Shown here one piece after another: positions 1-10,030 of a stretch of DNA of 64,000 nucleotides. A program made the translations under genes and the position numbers. The stretch comes from an uncultured Alphaproteobacteria bacterium. Its GTDB lineage: Bacteria > Pseudomonadota > Alphaproteobacteria > GCA-002720895. Numbering within the stretch: the stretch's first letter is position 1; every line of letters starts with the position of its first letter. The notes under the pieces were generated by a model. It was not told the DNA's origin. It saw nothing but the letters and a program-made list of their open reading frames with translations, and made no database searches. Location: the NCBI GenBank assembly GCA_902607475.1, contig CACLKH010000003.1, forward strand, positions 521 to 64,520. Reading direction: 5' to 3'.

Positions 1-1
1 T

Positions 2-427
2 CTAATTGCACATAATGGATCTAATTTCGATATACCTTTTTTAAATCATGAATTAAAACAAAATAATCATGATATTATAAAAAATCCAATTATAGATACT
101 TTAATTCTTGCTAGAAAAAAATTTCCTGGTTCGCCTGCTAATTTAGATGCATTGTGTAGAAGGTTTGATATTGATTTATCAATAAGAAAGAAACATGGCG
201 CCTTAATAGATGCAAAATTATTAGCTAAAGTTTATTTAGAATTAAAAGGGGGTCAACAACCTAATTTAATTTTAGATTCAAAAAAAGAAAAAGAAGAAAA
301 AAAAGAACAATTTTTTGAAAAAAAAATTTTAAAAGATAGAAAATTTGTTTTATCTAGTATTGAAGAAGAAAAGCATGAAGAGTTTATAAAAAAAATAAAA
401 AAACCAATATGGAATGAATATAAATAA
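2..427 (+). CDS. dnaQ: DNA polymerase III epsilon subunit (3'-5' proofreading exonuclease), C-terminal part; 5' end lies outside the window
   Basis: Frame-2 translation LIAHNGSNFDIPFLNHE...KHGALIDAKLLAKVYLEL matches the DnaQ ExoIII motif region (H-x4-D); a K/E-rich C-terminal tail follows; stop at 425-427. Confidence 0.85.
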   Translation, partial: LIAHNGSNFDIPFLNHELKQNNHDIIKNPIIDTLILARKKFPGSPANLDALCRRFDIDLSIRKKHGALIDAKLLAKVYLELKGGQQPNLILDSKKEKEEKKEQFFEKKILKDRKFVLSSIEEEKHEEFIKKIKKPIWNEYK

Positions 428-444
428 ATAATGGAATTTTTAAA

Positions 445-918
445 TTAATTTTTCTTTTCTTTTTCAGTTTGTTTACGAAATAAAGCAGCAAAATCGATGG
501 GATTTAACATCAAAGGAGGATAACCGCCATCTCTTGTAGTTTCAGCTAATATATTTCTTGCAAATGGAAATAACATCCTTGGTGCTTCGATTAAAAGAAG
601 AGGTTTTTCATGTTCTTGAGGAACTTTGTTTAGTGTAAAAATTCCAGCATAGCTAACCTCTGCAATAAAAGCAATTTTGTCTTTATTTTTTGCTTCAGTT
701 TTTATATCTAAAGTAACCTCAAAAGCATTATCAGGAAGTTTTTTAACAGAAGTGTTTACATTAACTTGTATATTAGGTTTTTCAGCATCTTTTTTATAAG
801 CTTCTAATGGATTTGGATTTTCGAATGATAAATCTTTTAAATATTGAGCATTTATGAAGATTCCTGCTGGAGCATCTTCAGGTGTATGGCCTGGTTTTTT
901 TTGTACTTTTTTTGCCAT
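445..918 (-). CDS. secB: protein-export chaperone SecB
   Basis: 157 aa; MAKK...PAGIFINAQYLKDLSFENP...KIAFIAEVSYAGIF is the typical SecB core; lies next to dnaQ/fxsA as in alphaproteobacteria. Confidence 0.9.
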   Translation of the reverse strand: MAKKVQKKPGHTPEDAPAGIFINAQYLKDLSFENPNPLEAYKKDAEKPNIQVNVNTSVKKLPDNAFEVTLDIKTEAKNKDKIAFIAEVSYAGIFTLNKVPQEHEKPLLLIEAPRMLFPFARNILAETTRDGGYPPLMLNPIDFAALFRKQTEKEKKN

Positions 919-960
919 TTTTTTATTGTTTATGCATATTAATCATGAGGTTAAAAAAAT

Positions 961-1416
961 CTACTTTTTTTTTTTGTTATCATCAATTTCTTCATAATCG
1001 CCTTCAAAAATTTTATTTTTTTTATCTTTCTCATCAGGATAGTAGGTAGATTTTTCTTTGTATACTGTTCTTTTTTTTAAGTGTGTAGTTATATAACTAA
1101 TAATTAAATTTCTAGTTTTTGGAATTAATAAAATACATCCTAAAGTATCTGTTAGGAAACCTGGTGTTAATAAAAAAGCACCTGCAATAAGTATAGCTAT
1201 ACCTTCAAATATTGAGAGAATAGGTATTTTATTTGATTTAATTTCTTCTAATGCTTTATTTAAAATAGTAATTCCTTGGCTTTTAACTAGTATTGCACCA
1301 ATTATCCCTGTAATAATTATTATAATAATAGTATTCCATAAACCTATATATTTACCTATTGTGATAAATAGCATTACTTCTATAAGAGGTATTACTATGA
1401 AAAATAAAAAAAACAT
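961..1416 (-). CDS. fxsA: FxsA family cytoplasmic membrane protein
   Basis: 151 aa; N-terminal MFFLFFIVIPLIEVMLFITIGKYIG and two hydrophobic helices match FxsA; acidic/lysine-rich tail. Confidence 0.8.
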   Translation of the reverse strand: MFFLFFIVIPLIEVMLFITIGKYIGLWNTIIIIIITGIIGAILVKSQGITILNKALEEIKSNKIPILSIFEGIAILIAGAFLLTPGFLTDTLGCILLIPKTRNLIISYITTHLKKRTVYKEKSTYYPDEKDKKNKIFEGDYEEIDDNKKKK

Positions 1417-1491
1417 GTTTGTTTATTGGAAAAAATAATTACATTATTCATTCAGTTTACTTTAAAACTAAATTAAAGTATAAATTTATTT

Positions 1492-2175
1492 ATGAATACT
1501 TTTTTAACATTAGATTTAATTTTTTTTGTACTAGTAGCAGTTTTTTTAATTATTAGATTAAGAAGTGTATTAGGTAGGAGAACAGGTAATGAAAAAAGAC
1601 CAAAAGATATTTTTATGTACCAAGACACAACCTTAGATACTGATAAAAAGAAAATTTTAGATGGAAAACAATCTATAAAAAGCAAATTTCATAATAAATT
1701 ATCTACTGAAAAAGAAAATAACTTAAATAAAAATACTGTGTTAGAAAAAATTTATTACGTCGATAAAAGTTTTTCACCAAAAAAATTTTTATCTGGTGCT
1801 AAAATTGCATTTAAAACAATTATTCAATCTTATGCAAATGGAGAGATTAATAAAATTAAGCATTTAATGAGTACTAATGTTTTTTCTATTTTTTCAAAAG
1901 AAATAAAATCTAGAACTAGAAAAAAATATATTTTAGAACATACTTTAGTTTCTATAAAAAGTGCAGATATAGAAAATGTTAATTTTAAATCTAGTATAGC
2001 CGATATAGTTGTAAAATTTATTTCTGAACAAGTAAACTTATTGAAAAATGAAAAAGGAAAAATTTTAAAAGGAAACGACGAGTATATTGAGAATCATACT
2101 AATTATTGGACATTTTCCAAAGATTTAAAATCTTCCAATCCAAATTGGAAGCTTGTTGTAACAAAAGCTGAATAA
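1492..2175 (+). CDS. Tim44-like domain membrane protein
   Basis: 227 aa; one N-terminal TM helix followed by a soluble domain; the secB-fxsA-Tim44-like arrangement is conserved in alphaproteobacteria. Confidence 0.65.
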   Translation: MNTFLTLDLIFFVLVAVFLIIRLRSVLGRRTGNEKRPKDIFMYQDTTLDTDKKKILDGKQSIKSKFHNKLSTEKENNLNKNTVLEKIYYVDKSFSPKKFLSGAKIAFKTIIQSYANGEINKIKHLMSTNVFSIFSKEIKSRTRKKYILEHTLVSIKSADIENVNFKSSIADIVVKFISEQVNLLKNEKGKILKGNDEYIENHTNYWTFSKDLKSSNPNWKLVVTKAE

Positions 2176-2215
2176 CAAAAAAAAGAAAATTCTTTTATCT
2201 GATGAAGACAAAGTT

Positions 2216-2659
2216 TTGTGGGAACTTTTTACCAAAAATTTAAATAAATCTTTGAAGAGTAATAAAAACGAAATTATTTTTAAAAGTAAAAAAATTAAAA
2301 ATAATACTAAAGAACTTTCAAAATTAAAACTTGGAGAAATGTCAGTATTAAGTAAAAAAAATATTAGAGATTTTAATAAAGGAAATGTATTTATAGAGAA
2401 TAAGTTAGACCTTCATGGTTTTAATCAAGCAGATGCAGAAATTTTATTAGAAGATTTTATAAATCAATCAATAGAAAACGGGAAAAGATTAATTTTAATT
2501 ATTACTGGAAAAGGAAAAGAAGGAGAGGGTGTTATAAAAAATAATATTATATCTTGGTTAAATAATAAACGTCTCCGTAATAAAATTTTAGCTGTTAACC
2601 ATGCATCAAAAAAACATGGCGGCAGTGGGGCGATCTATATTCTTTTAAGAAAATTCTAA
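2216..2659 (+). CDS. Smr domain protein (start codon uncertain; possibly the internal Met at MSVLSKK)
   Basis: C-terminal DLHGF...ILLEDFINQS...LILIITGKGKEG is an Smr/MutS2-C type fold signature. Confidence 0.7.
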   Translation: MWELFTKNLNKSLKSNKNEIIFKSKKIKNNTKELSKLKLGEMSVLSKKNIRDFNKGNVFIENKLDLHGFNQADAEILLEDFINQSIENGKRLILIITGKGKEGEGVIKNNIISWLNNKRLRNKILAVNHASKKHGGSGAIYILLRKF

Positions 2660-2669
2660 AAAATTTTTT

Positions 2670-4034
2670 TTATAAAATAAATTTACTTAAATCAATATCT
2701 TTTGCAAGTTTACCAACCTCGTCTTTTACTTGTTTGGATGTAATTTTTATTTTTTTTCCTTTATATTCTGTTGCATTAAAGCTTATATTTTCAATTAATT
2801 TTTCTAATACTGTGTGAAGTCTTCTTGCACCTATATTTTCAACATTTGAATTTATTTCTGTTGATAATTTTGCAATTTCATCAATTGAATCTTTTCCAAA
2901 ATCTAAATCAACTTTTTCAGTTTTTAAAAGAGCTTTATATTGTTTTATTAAACTATTTTCAGGTTCATTTAAAATTTTAACAAAATCATCTTTTGTTAAT
3001 GCATTTAACTCAACTCTTATAGGTAGTCTTCCTTGTAATTCAGGAAGTAAATCCGAAGGTTTTGATAAATGAAATGCACCAGAAGCTATAAATAAAATGT
3101 GATCTGTTTTAATAGGACCATATTTTGTTGTTACAGTTGTTCCCTCGATTATTGGCAACAAATCTCTTTGCACGCCTTCTCTACTAACATCTCCCCCAAC
3201 TCTTTCAGAGCGTGCACAAATTTTATCCATTTCATCTAAAAAAACTATGCCATTTTCTTCGACATCTTTTTTTGCTATGGAGGTTATTTTTTCTTGATCA
3301 ATTAATTTATCAGATTCTTCTTCCATTAGTGGTTTATATATTTTTTCAATAATCATTTTTTTCTTTTTCTTTTTTTGTCCCATACCTTTTCCAAGTAATT
3401 CATTTAAATTTATCATACCAACTTGACTACCAGGCATTCCTGGTATATCGAGGGTAGGAAATCCTGTACCACTTGGATTATCAACAAGATCAATTTCTAT
3501 AATTTTTTTATTTAGTTTACCACTTCTAAGTTGAGCTCTAAATTTGGATCTAGTTTCCAGACTTGCATTTTTTCCGACTAGGGCATTTAAAACTCTTTCT
3601 TCAGCATTATGTTGTGCTTGTGATTTAACTTTATTCCTTAATTTTTCTTGTGTCATTGTAATAGAAATTTGTATTAAATCTCTGACAATTTGTTCAACAT
3701 CTCTTCCAACATAGCCAACTTCAGTAAATTTTGTTGCTTCTACTTTTAAAAAAGGAGCTTCGGCGAGCTTAGCTAGTCTTCTTGATATTTCAGTTTTTCC
3801 TACACCAGTTGGTCCAATCATTAAAATATTTTTTGGTAAAATTTCTTCTCTTAGATCTTCAGGAACTCTTTGTCTTCTCCATCTGTTTCTTAAAGCAATA
3901 GCCACAGCTTTTTTTGCTTCATTTTGACCAATTATGTATCTATCTAATTCTTTTACTATTTCTTTTGGAGTATAGTTTTTTTTTTCTTCTACTTTTTTTT
4001 TGTTAACAAAGTTTTTTTTTACTGTATCGTCCAT
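2670..4034 (-). CDS. hslU: ATP-dependent protease ATPase subunit HslU
   Basis: 454 aa; Walker [20 protein letters not shown], and a C-terminal region typical of HslU; K-rich insertion GQKKKKKKM. Confidence 0.95.
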   Translation of the reverse strand: MDDTVKKNFVNKKKVEEKKNYTPKEIVKELDRYIIGQNEAKKAVAIALRNRWRRQRVPEDLREEILPKNILMIGPTGVGKTEISRRLAKLAEAPFLKVEATKFTEVGYVGRDVEQIVRDLIQISITMTQEKLRNKVKSQAQHNAEERVLNALVGKNASLETRSKFRAQLRSGKLNKKIIEIDLVDNPSGTGFPTLDIPGMPGSQVGMINLNELLGKGMGQKKKKKKMIIEKIYKPLMEEESDKLIDQEKITSIAKKDVEENGIVFLDEMDKICARSERVGGDVSREGVQRDLLPIIEGTTVTTKYGPIKTDHILFIASGAFHLSKPSDLLPELQGRLPIRVELNALTKDDFVKILNEPENSLIKQYKALLKTEKVDLDFGKDSIDEIAKLSTEINSNVENIGARRLHTVLEKLIENISFNATEYKGKKIKITSKQVKDEVGKLAKDIDLSKFIL

Positions 4035-4037
4035 AAT

Positions 4038-4589
4038 TTATAATTTTTCAATTGTAATGTTTGAATTAGTATAAATACAAATATCAGATGCTATTTTCAT
4101 CGCTTTTTTTGCAACTTCTTCCGTACTTAATTTTTCCTGTTCCATAAGAGCCCTTGCTGCTGCTAAAGCATAAACTCCGCCACTTCCTATACCTATCAAA
4201 CCATCTTCAGGTTCTACCACATCTCCTGTGCCAGATACAATTAATGACACCGATTTATCAGCAACTGCCATCATTGCTTCTAATCTTCTTAAATATTTAT
4301 CTGTTCTCCAATCTTTAGCTAATTCAACACATGCTCTTGTCAGTTGATTTTGATGTTTTTCCAATTTACCTTCTAATCTTTCAAAAAGAGTGAAAGCATC
4401 AGCAGTTGCTCCAGCAAATCCAGCTATAACTTTGTTATTTCCTAATCTTCTAACTTTTACTGCATTTGATTTCATAACAGTGTTTCCTAAACTTACTTGA
4501 CCATCACCTGCAATTACAACATTATTTTTTTTTCTTACAGCTAAAATAGTAGTTCCGTGCATATTATTGTTTGAATTTTCTTTTATCAT
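4038..4589 (-). CDS. hslV: ATP-dependent protease subunit HslV (with the short N-terminal propeptide typical of alphaproteobacteria)
   Basis: 183 aa; ...[31 protein letters not shown]; the catalytic Thr follows MHG; only 3 nt separate it from hslU. Confidence 0.95.
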   Translation of the reverse strand: MIKENSNNNMHGTTILAVRKKNNVVIAGDGQVSLGNTVMKSNAVKVRRLGNNKVIAGFAGATADAFTLFERLEGKLEKHQNQLTRACVELAKDWRTDKYLRRLEAMMAVADKSVSLIVSGTGDVVEPEDGLIGIGSGGVYALAAARALMEQEKLSTEEVAKKAMKIASDICIYTNSNITIEKL

Positions 4590-4620
4590 TACAATTTATT
4601 AATATTTGTTACTATTGGAT

Positions 4621-4648
4621 AAATAATGTATTTTTCATGAAATGTAAG
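4621..4648 (-). promoter_or_regulatory. candidate sigma32-type promoter of hslVU
   Basis: The minus strand reads CTTACAT-N17-ATTATTTAT; about 30 nt upstream of the hslV start. Confidence 0.35.
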
Positions 4649-4665
4649 ACTATAGACTAAAAAAA

Positions 4666-5253
4666 ATGAGAGAATCAAAAATTAATAGAAAAACTAGTGA
4701 AACTAACATTTCAATTGAAATAAACCTTGATGGGAAAGGCAAATTTAACATTTCAACTGGAATAGGGTTTCTCGATCATATGTTAGAACAACTTTCTAAA
4801 CACAGCCTTATAGATATTAATTTAAAAGCAAAAGGTGATTTAAAAATTGATGATCATCATACAACAGAAGATACAGGAATTGTTTTAGGTGAAGCTATAT
4901 CTAAAGCTTTAGGAAATAAAAAATCTATTAAACGTTATGGCAATTTTTTTATACCTATGGATGAGACATTAACTAGAGTTAGTATTGATTTATCTAATAG
5001 ACCTTATTTGATTTGGAAAGTTAAATTTACAAATAAGCAAATAGGAAAAATGGATAGTGAATTGTTTAAAGAATGGTTTCAAGCCTTTTCTCAAGCTGCA
5101 GGGGTAACTTTACATGTAGAAAATTTATATGGTGATAATAATCATCACATAATCGAAACATGTTATAAAGGACTTGCAAGATCTTTAAGAGAAGCAATAT
5201 CTGTTGATCCTAGAGAAAAAGGAAAAATTCCTTCAACAAAAGGTAAATTATAA
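4666..5253 (+). CDS. hisB: imidazoleglycerol-phosphate dehydratase
   Basis: 195 aa; [16 protein letters not shown]...[14 protein letters not shown]...[14 protein letters not shown] are HisB metal-binding motifs. Confidence 0.95.
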   Translation: MRESKINRKTSETNISIEINLDGKGKFNISTGIGFLDHMLEQLSKHSLIDINLKAKGDLKIDDHHTTEDTGIVLGEAISKALGNKKSIKRYGNFFIPMDETLTRVSIDLSNRPYLIWKVKFTNKQIGKMDSELFKEWFQAFSQAAGVTLHVENLYGDNNHHIIETCYKGLARSLREAISVDPREKGKIPSTKGKL

Positions 5254-5259
5254 AAAAAA

Positions 5260-5883
5260 GTGAAAATTGCTTTAATAGATTATGGGTCTGGAAATATACA
5301 GTCAGCTTATAAAGCTTTAGAATTAGTAAGTAATTATAAGAAAAAAATTTCCGTAATTTCTAATTCTAAAGATTTACTAAAAGTTGATAAAATAATTCTA
5401 CCTGGTGTGGGCGCATTTGCTGATTGTATGAAAGGACTCAAATCTATCTCTGGCATGATAGATATTTTAAATGAAATTGTATTAGAGAAAAAAAAACCAT
5501 TTCTAGGCATATGTGTCGGTATGCAACTTTTAGCCACTGAAGGAAAAGAAAAAGGTAATCATAAAGGATTAGGGTGGATTGCAGGAAAAGTTATAAAAAT
5601 AAAAAAAAAAAATAGAATAAAAATACCTCATATGGGGTGGAACACTGTAAAAATTATTTCTAAGCACCCAATTTTAAAAAGAAAAAAATTTGAATCATAT
5701 TTTGTTCATAGCTATAATTTTGTTTGTAAAGATAAAAAAAATATTTTAGCCACATGTAATTATCAACAAAATATTACGGCTATAGTTGGAAAAGAAAATA
5801 TAATAGGAACACAATTCCATCCAGAAAAAAGTCAAAAAATTGGTTTAGAAATTTTAAAAAATTTTATTTCTTGGAATTATTAA
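5260..5883 (+). CDS. hisH: imidazole glycerol phosphate synthase glutaminase subunit HisH (GTG start)
   Basis: 207 aa; KIALIDYGSGN, GICVGMQLL (catalytic Cys), FHPEKS; class-I glutamine amidotransferase. Confidence 0.9.
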   Translation: MKIALIDYGSGNIQSAYKALELVSNYKKKISVISNSKDLLKVDKIILPGVGAFADCMKGLKSISGMIDILNEIVLEKKKPFLGICVGMQLLATEGKEKGNHKGLGWIAGKVIKIKKKNRIKIPHMGWNTVKIISKHPILKRKKFESYFVHSYNFVCKDKKNILATCNYQQNITAIVGKENIIGTQFHPEKSQKIGLEILKNFISWNY

Positions 5884-5884
5884 T

Positions 5885-6613
5885 ATGATTTTATTTCCTG
5901 CGATAGATATTAAAAACGGTTCTTGTGTTCGGTTAGTTCAAGGAAAAATGGAAGAAGCCACAGTTTTTAATGAAGATCCAGTAGATCAGGCTAAAATTTT
6001 TGAATCAAAAGGTTGTAAATGGATTCATATTGTTGATCTTGATGGAGCAATTAAAGGTTATTCCGTTAATCAAAAAATAATTAAAGAAATAATATCATCA
6101 GTTAATATAAAAATTCAATTAGGCGGAGGGATTAGAAATATAAAAACAATTGATAAATGGTTTGAAATTGGAGTAGAGAGACTAGTTGTTGGTTCTTTAA
6201 TAGTAAATAATCCTAATTTAGTTAAAAAAGCTATAAAGAAATACCCTGGAAAAATTGTTTTAGGAATAGATTTAATAGATGATAAATTGGCAATTGAAGG
6301 TTGGGTGAAAAAAACAGATATAAGTCCTGTAGATATTGCAAAAGATTATGAAAATTTAGATATTGCTTCTTTTATTTGTACGAATATAAAAAAAGATGGC
6401 GCGATGCAGGGAATAGATTTAAATTTTATTTTAAATAATACAAATATTTTTAAAAAACCTATTATTGCTTCAGGAGGAGTAACAAGTTTGAAAGATTTGC
6501 AAACTTTAAAAAATAATGAAACAAAAGGAATTGAAGGAGTAATTTGTGGAAGAGCAATATATGAGGGAAAGATTGATATTATAGAAGCAAACAAAATATT
6601 TGAAATAAATTGA
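5885..6613 (+). CDS. hisA: 1-(5-phosphoribosyl)-5-[(5-phosphoribosylamino)methylideneamino]imidazole-4-carboxamide isomerase
   Basis: 242 aa; [20 protein letters not shown]...HIVDLDGA...GGGIR...ASGGV. Confidence 0.9.
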   Translation: MILFPAIDIKNGSCVRLVQGKMEEATVFNEDPVDQAKIFESKGCKWIHIVDLDGAIKGYSVNQKIIKEIISSVNIKIQLGGGIRNIKTIDKWFEIGVERLVVGSLIVNNPNLVKKAIKKYPGKIVLGIDLIDDKLAIEGWVKKTDISPVDIAKDYENLDIASFICTNIKKDGAMQGIDLNFILNNTNIFKKPIIASGGVTSLKDLQTLKNNETKGIEGVICGRAIYEGKIDIIEANKIFEIN

Positions 6614-6614
6614 T

Positions 6615-7373
6615 ATGTTGAAAATTAGAATTATACCTTGTTTAGATGTTAAAGATGGGAAAGTAGTTAAAGGAACTAAATTTATAAATTTAAAATATGC
6701 TGGTGATCCAGTTAAGCAAGCACAAATTTATGATAAACAAGGTGCTGACGAATTATGTTTTTTAGATATTACTGCTAGTAGTGATAAAAGAAATATTCTT
6801 TATAATGTTGTAAAAAAAACTGCTCAAAAATGCTTTATGCCATTAACAGTTGGTGGCGGGGTAAGATCAATTGAAGATATACGTAAATTACTTTTATGTG
6901 GAGCTGATAAAGTATCAATTAATACGGCTGCAATAAAAGATCCTAAACTTATAAAAAAGTCATCAAGTAAATTTGGAAATCAGTGCATTGTTGTTGCGAT
7001 AGATGCAAAACAAATTAAAAAAAATAAATGGGAAATTTATACTCATGGTGGTAGAAAAAAAACAGGAATTGATGCAATTAAATGGGCAAAAAAAATGGAA
7101 AATTTTGGAGCTGGTGAAATACTTTTAACATCTATGGATAAAGATGGTACAAAATCAGGATTTGATCTAAAATTAACAAAAAAAATATCTAATAGTGTTA
7201 ATATTCCAGTAATTGCTTCAGGCGGCGTAGGAAATATACAACATCTTATTGATGGAATAAAAATTGGAAAAGCATCAGCTGTTTTAGCTGCTTCAATTTT
7301 TCATTATGGAAAGTATACTTTAAGGCAAGTAAAAAATAAAATGAAAGAAAAAGGAATAGCCGTTAGAATTTAA
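6615..7373 (+). CDS. hisF: imidazole glycerol phosphate synthase cyclase subunit HisF
   Basis: 252 aa; [20 protein letters not shown]...[11 protein letters not shown]...VGGGVR...[27 protein letters not shown]. Confidence 0.95.
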   Translation: MLKIRIIPCLDVKDGKVVKGTKFINLKYAGDPVKQAQIYDKQGADELCFLDITASSDKRNILYNVVKKTAQKCFMPLTVGGGVRSIEDIRKLLLCGADKVSINTAAIKDPKLIKKSSSKFGNQCIVVAIDAKQIKKNKWEIYTHGGRKKTGIDAIKWAKKMENFGAGEILLTSMDKDGTKSGFDLKLTKKISNSVNIPVIASGGVGNIQHLIDGIKIGKASAVLAASIFHYGKYTLRQVKNKMKEKGIAVRI

Positions 7374-7709
7374 ATGAAAAAGAAAAAAAAAAATACCGGG
7401 GAAATAATTGATACTCTTTTTTCTATTATAGAAGGAAGAAAAAAAATAAAAAAAAAAGGGTCCTACACATCTTTTTTGTTTAATAAAGGTATGAATAAAA
7501 TAGCCCAAAAAGTTTCAGAAGAAACAGCTGAAACAGTAATAGAGGCTATTCAAGGAAAAAAAAAGTTAGCTGTTCAAGAAAGTTGTGATCTACTTTATCA
7601 TTTAATGGTTATGTGGGCAAAACTTGGAATAAATCCAAATGAAATTTGGAATGAATTAGATAAAAGGATGAAAAAGCCAAAAAAAAAAAATAAAAAATAT
7701 AATGTATGA
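7374..7709 (+). CDS. hisE: phosphoribosyl-ATP pyrophosphatase
   Basis: 111 aa; SYTSFLF...KIAQKVSEETAETVIEA...LLYHLMVMWA; TAA-ATG junction with hisF; K-rich N-terminus encoded by an A11 run. Confidence 0.8.
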   Translation: MKKKKKNTGEIIDTLFSIIEGRKKIKKKGSYTSFLFNKGMNKIAQKVSEETAETVIEAIQGKKKLAVQESCDLLYHLMVMWAKLGINPNEIWNELDKRMKKPKKKNKKYNV

Positions 7710-8061
7710 CAATAATAATATTTTTGCAAAAATTTTAAGAGAAGAAATTCCTTGTAAAAAAGTTTATGAAAACGAATATGCACTTGCTTTTCATGATATA
7801 AATCCACAAGCAAAAATACATATATTAGTTATACCTAAAGGAAAATTTATTTCGTTTGCAGATTTTTCTAAAAATGCATCAAAGGATGAGATTGAAGGTT
7901 TTTTTAAAGCAGTTGGGAAAGTTGCAGAAGATCAAAATTTAGTAGGAGAAGGATATAGAATATTAGCGAATCATGGCATTAATGCAGGACAAGAAGTTCC
8001 CCATTTTCATTTTCATATTTTTGGAAAACAACCATTAGGCCCTATGATTTCTAAAGTTTAA
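7702..8061 (+). CDS. HIT family (histidine triad) nucleotide hydrolase
   Basis: 119 aa; ends ...VPHFHFHIFG (H-phi-H-phi-H-phi motif); 8-nt overlap with hisE. Confidence 0.85.
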   Translation: MYDNNNIFAKILREEIPCKKVYENEYALAFHDINPQAKIHILVIPKGKFISFADFSKNASKDEIEGFFKAVGKVAEDQNLVGEGYRILANHGINAGQEVPHFHFHIFGKQPLGPMISKV

Positions 8062-8576
8062 AAAGATAATTTTTCTGAAAACATTTTAGTTCTGTCATAA
8101 AGAAAACTACTTGGTATTTGAAATTGATTAGTATTTTTCCATAAATTTTTTAAATCAGTTACATCATTTTCTTCAATTCTTCCCCTAAAATTGATTGTGC
8201 ATCCACAATAATGGGACAAAAAAGATTTTACTGATACAGATTTTTTATATAAAACGGCAATACCAGATTTATCTTTAAGAAGAATTGTAACTAATTCTTG
8301 AGCAGGCAAACTATCTCTGACAATTCCTATAGGAATTCTATTTGTATATGGAAATTTATGTTTTTTTATTTTCTTTTGATCAAAATCAGTAACAGATAGT
8401 ATATAATGAATAGAATCCTCTAAGTAAGTTAATTCTAGATGTAAATCTATGCCAATTGGTGCATGTGTTCTATGAAATCTTTTTGTTTTTGTAAAGTTTT
8501 TACTATAACCTATGATTACTCCAATAATAAAAACAAGACAAAGTATTGCATAATTTGATTTTTCTTTTACTTTCAT
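8058..8576 (-). CDS. hypothetical membrane-anchored protein (one N-terminal TM helix, soluble C-domain with a YCGC motif)
   Basis: 172 aa ORF with a plausible signal-anchor AILCLVFIIGVIIG; I recognise no family. Confidence 0.4.
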   Translation of the reverse strand: MKVKEKSNYAILCLVFIIGVIIGYSKNFTKTKRFHRTHAPIGIDLHLELTYLEDSIHYILSVTDFDQKKIKKHKFPYTNRIPIGIVRDSLPAQELVTILLKDKSGIAVLYKKSVSVKSFLSHYCGCTINFRGRIEENDVTDLKNLWKNTNQFQIPSSFLYDRTKMFSEKLSF

Positions 8577-8616
8577 ATTAACTTTACGATTATAATAATT
8601 CTTTTATCTTATTATT

Positions 8617-9738
8617 ATGATAAATCTTTTGGTTTTAAAAGAAACAGTTGATAGTGAAAAAAGAGTCGCATTAGTACCTGATGAAATTAAAAAATATTTA
8701 GAACTTGGTTTTAAAATAACAATTGAAAAAGATGCTGGTATTAAATCGGGTTTTTTAGATGAAGATTATAGAAAACTAAATGCGAATATTAGTCAAAATG
8801 TAGAAAAATCAATTAAAGAAAGCGATATTATTATCAAAATTCAAAAACCAGACCCAAGAATAATTAAGGAAATGAAAACTGGTACAATTTTAATGGGACT
8901 TTTGTCACCAAAAAAAAATTCATCTGAAAATACTTTTTATAATAAAAAAAAAATCTCTGCCTTTGCATTAGAAAATATTCCTAGAATAACTAGGGCTCAA
9001 GACAAAGATGTTTTATCATCCCAAAGTAATTTATCAGGGTATAAAGCAGTTTTAGATGCTGCATATGAATATTCAAAAAGTTTTCCAATGATGATGACTG
9101 CAGCTGGCACTGTTACACCAGCAAAAGTTTTAGTTTTAGGAGCCGGAGTTGCAGGACTTCAAGCTATTGCAACAGCAAAACGTTTAGGCGCTGTTGTGTC
9201 TGCCTATGATGTAAGATTAGCAGCAAAAGAAGAAGTGGAAAGTTTAGGAGCAAAATTTATTGTTTTTGACGAAGAAGTTTTAAAAAAAAGTCAAACTGGT
9301 GGTGGTTATGCAAAAGAGATGAGTGCAGATTATAAAAAAAAGCAGGAAAAAGCTTTGGAAGAAGCTATTCCGGAAAATGATATAATTATTTGTACTGCTC
9401 TAATACCCAATAAACCAGCTCCCAAATTAATTTCAAAAAAAATTATAGAAAAAATGAAAACAGAATCTATAATTATTGATCTTGCAGTTGAAACGGGAGG
9501 AAATGCTGAATTATCAGAAGTTGATAAAATAATTAAACACAAAGGTGTGAAAATTATCGGATATTCAAATTATCCAAGCAGGATTCCTGGAGATTCTAGT
9601 ACTTTATTTTCAAAAAATGTTTTTAACTTTGTTAAAATTTTAATAGATAACGAAAGTAAAAAAATAAAAATAAATTTAGAAGATGAAATTATTGCTAAAA
9701 CATTAATATCTCATCAAGGAAAATCAATGAACTTATAA
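8617..9738 (+). CDS. pntAA: NAD(P) transhydrogenase subunit alpha, part 1 (dI, NAD(H)-binding)
   Basis: 373 aa; Rossmann VLVLGAGVAGLQAIATAKRLGAVV; AlaDH/PNT fold; followed by the small alpha-2 and beta genes. Confidence 0.9.
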   Translation: MINLLVLKETVDSEKRVALVPDEIKKYLELGFKITIEKDAGIKSGFLDEDYRKLNANISQNVEKSIKESDIIIKIQKPDPRIIKEMKTGTILMGLLSPKKNSSENTFYNKKKISAFALENIPRITRAQDKDVLSSQSNLSGYKAVLDAAYEYSKSFPMMMTAAGTVTPAKVLVLGAGVAGLQAIATAKRLGAVVSAYDVRLAAKEEVESLGAKFIVFDEEVLKKSQTGGGYAKEMSADYKKKQEKALEEAIPENDIIICTALIPNKPAPKLISKKIIEKMKTESIIIDLAVETGGNAELSEVDKIIKHKGVKIIGYSNYPSRIPGDSSTLFSKNVFNFVKILIDNESKKIKINLEDEIIAKTLISHQGKSMNL

Positions 9739-9745
9739 ATAAACT

Positions 9746-10030
9746 ATGGAACATTTATTACAAGAATTAACAGTATTTATTTTAGCTATTTTTGTAGGTT
9801 ACTATGTAATATGGAGCGTTACCCCTGCTTTGCATTCTCCTTTGATGTCAGTAACAAATGCAATATCTAGTGTCATAATTGTCGGTGCTCTTATAGCAGT
9901 TGGGCCTGCACTTTTTGGTATTTCAAAAATAATGGGGTTTATTGCTGTAATACTTGCAGCAGTTAATATTTTTGGTGGATTTATTGTAACTCAAAGAATG
10001 CTGCAAATGTTTAAAAAGAAAAAGAAATAA
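9746..10030 (+). CDS. pntAB: NAD(P) transhydrogenase subunit alpha, part 2 (membrane dII segment)
   Basis: 94 aa, three hydrophobic helices; split-alpha arrangement as in Rhodospirillum-type alphaproteobacteria. Confidence 0.85.
   Translation: MEHLLQELTVFILAIFVGYYVIWSVTPALHSPLMSVTNAISSVIIVGALIAVGPALFGISKIMGFIAVILAAVNIFGGFIVTQRMLQMFKKKKK

Noticed and set aside
1473-1685. A 70-aa minus-strand ORF overlapping the start of the Tim44-like gene
   Set aside because: It overlaps the N-terminal TM-helix coding region of the Tim44-like gene on the + strand. It is hydrophobic only because it is the reverse frame of a TM segment.
5334-5537. Many 60-140 aa antisense ORFs in the six-frame track lie inside well-supported genes. 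Examples: 5334..5537, 6346..6594, 9330..9542, 10932..11153, 15409..15707, 19626..19958, 23880..24122, 27462..27977, 46872..47294, 52421..52672, 53241..53471, 53703..53978, 57694..58197, 59261..59692.
   Set aside because: Each overlaps a confidently identified gene on the opposite strand. Their translations are low-complexity or Ser/Phe/Ile-rich, as expected for the reverse frames of AT-rich coding DNA. I saw no independent start, SD or conservation signal.
7320-7813. Two small minus-strand ORFs (7320..7508, 7598..7813) across the hisF/hisE/HIT junctions
   Set aside because: They are F/K-rich reverse-frame artefacts of poly(A)/poly(T) tracts. The + strand genes are unambiguous.
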